Origin: Geopsychrobacteraceae bacterium
Lineage (GTDB): Bacteria > Desulfobacterota > Desulfuromonadia > Desulfuromonadales > Geopsychrobacteraceae
Assembly (NCBI GenBank): GCA_963662315.1
Contig: OY759353.1
Location: 3,456,001 to 3,520,000, forward strand
Length of the DNA: 64,000 nt
Reading direction: 5' to 3'
The stretch's first letter is position 1; each line of letters opens with the position of its first letter. Under the pieces are notes generated by a model. That model saw only the letters and a list, made by a program, of their open reading frames with translations. It did not search any database and was not told the DNA's origin. The position numbers were made by a program, and so were the translations under genes. This document shows positions 62,902-64,000 of this stretch, one piece after another.

Positions 62902-63660
62902 ATGTTAAATCTCATCGATACCCATATCCATCTTGATGCCCCCGAACTTGAAGGACATGGACCACTATTGTTGCCTGCTGCCCGGCAGGTTGGCATCGGT
63001 GCGTTTATCATTCCCGGGGTCCGGGTATCCGGCTGGCCGGGGATGGTGGCATTAGCGACGCACCATGCTGGGGTCTTTGCCGCTCCCGGGTTGCATCCTG
63101 CTTATGCGGACCAGTGGAACAGTTCTGCGGCAGCACAGCTGTGTGAGCTAGCGGCAGATCCACGGGTTGTTGCTATTGGTGAGATTGGCCTGGATGGGGC
63201 CGTTGGACCCGATCTGGATTTTCAGGAGCAGGTCCTGCGGGAACAACTGGACATTGCGGTCGCGGCCAAGTTGCCGGTGTTGCTTCATGCACGCAAGGCG
63301 ACGGGACGCTTGTTCAATATTTTAAAGGAGCTTCAGATCGGTAAACAGGTGGGTGGTATCTGGCATGGCTTTTCCGGTAGCCTGGAATTGGCTGAACAGT
63401 TGGTCTCAGCGGGTTTTCTATTGGGTATTGGCCCGATTCTGCTGCGTGACAATGCCCGCAAGCTCCCTGCTGTTGTCAAAGCTATACCACTGAGTGCGCT
63501 GGTTTTGGAAACTGATCTTCCCGATATGGCGGAACAACCTGATTGTTTGCTGGCCGTTGCTGGCCGGATCGCTGAATTGCGGGGGGAACCTTTAGCCCAT
63601 GTCACAGTGGCAACAACAGCCAATGTTGAAAACCTATTCGGATGTTTGAACTATGACTGA
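62902..63660 (+). CDS. TatD-family nuclease/hydrolase
   Basis: IDTHIHL, GLHP, IGEIGLD, LHARKA, HGFSGS, LETD.P. Confidence 0.93.
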   Translation: MLNLIDTHIHLDAPELEGHGPLLLPAARQVGIGAFIIPGVRVSGWPGMVALATHHAGVFAAPGLHPAYADQWNSSAAAQLCELAADPRVVAIGEIGLDGAVGPDLDFQEQVLREQLDIAVAAKLPVLLHARKATGRLFNILKELQIGKQVGGIWHGFSGSLELAEQLVSAGFLLGIGPILLRDNARKLPAVVKAIPLSALVLETDLPDMAEQPDCLLAVAGRIAELRGEPLAHVTVATTANVENLFGCLNYD

Positions 63661-64000
63661 GATGAATCGTCTAACACGTATGGAGCGCCTGGTCGGCGCT
63701 GATGGCATTAAGCGTTTGCAGCAGGCTTCGGTCGCGGTATTTGGTGTCGGTGGCGTCGGCAGCTATGCGGTCGAAGCGTTAACCCGGGCTGGAGTCGGGC
63801 GTTTGACCCTGATCGATTTTGATACTGTCTGTGTTACCAATATCAACCGTCAGATTCATGCGACGACACAGACAGTCGGACAGGTCAAGGTTGAGGCGAT
63901 GGCAGAGCGCTGCCGGCTGATCAACCCTGATGCCGAGATCATTACCCACCATGCACGCTACGATGCCGAGTCTTCAGCACACCTTCTTGCTGAAGATTAT
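63653..64000 (+). CDS. tcdA: tRNA threonylcarbamoyladenosine dehydratase (ThiF family), 3' partial
   Basis: Own translation: MTEMNRLTRMERLVG..VAVFGVGGVGSYAVEALTRAGVGRLTLIDFDTVCVTNINRQ..KV..M.ER...INP. Confidence 0.85.
   Translation, partial: MTEMNRLTRMERLVGADGIKRLQQASVAVFGVGGVGSYAVEALTRAGVGRLTLIDFDTVCVTNINRQIHATTQTVGQVKVEAMAERCRLINPDAEIITHHARYDAESSAHLLAEDY

Overview
Chromosomal window from an anaerobic deltaproteobacterium; the gene content suggests Desulfuromonadales, which is an inference. From left to right it holds the following. (i) A compact signalling operon (~1.0-8.2 kb): a deleted HDOD remnant, a PAS histidine kinase, an orphan MglA-type small GTPase, a second kinase, a receiver-PilB/GspE ATPase-double zinc ribbon fusion and a receiver-HD-GYP protein. 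This is the best candidate for an undescribed system. (ii) An AT-richer island at the 3' end of tRNA-Sec (selC) with a broken tyrosine integrase, an IetAS-like AAA ATPase/subtilase pair, a Fic protein and a YjjJ/HipA-like kinase. (iii) MoeA and MOSC genes, a cytochrome c-DUF3373-octaheme cytochrome cluster and an omptin. (iv) uvrB and envelope genes. (v) A complete N-type (Na+) ATPase operon atpDCQRBEFAG. (vi) Housekeeping genes (diguanylate cyclase, pyrC, tRNA-Val, folA, pncA, pncB and others). (vii) A stand-alone nitrilase-fold protein. (viii) A PAS-LuxR regulator with a globin-like N-terminus ahead of a Tat-exported molybdopterin oxidoreductase operon, then tatD and a partial tcdA. All calls come from motif recognition by eye; no database searches were run.
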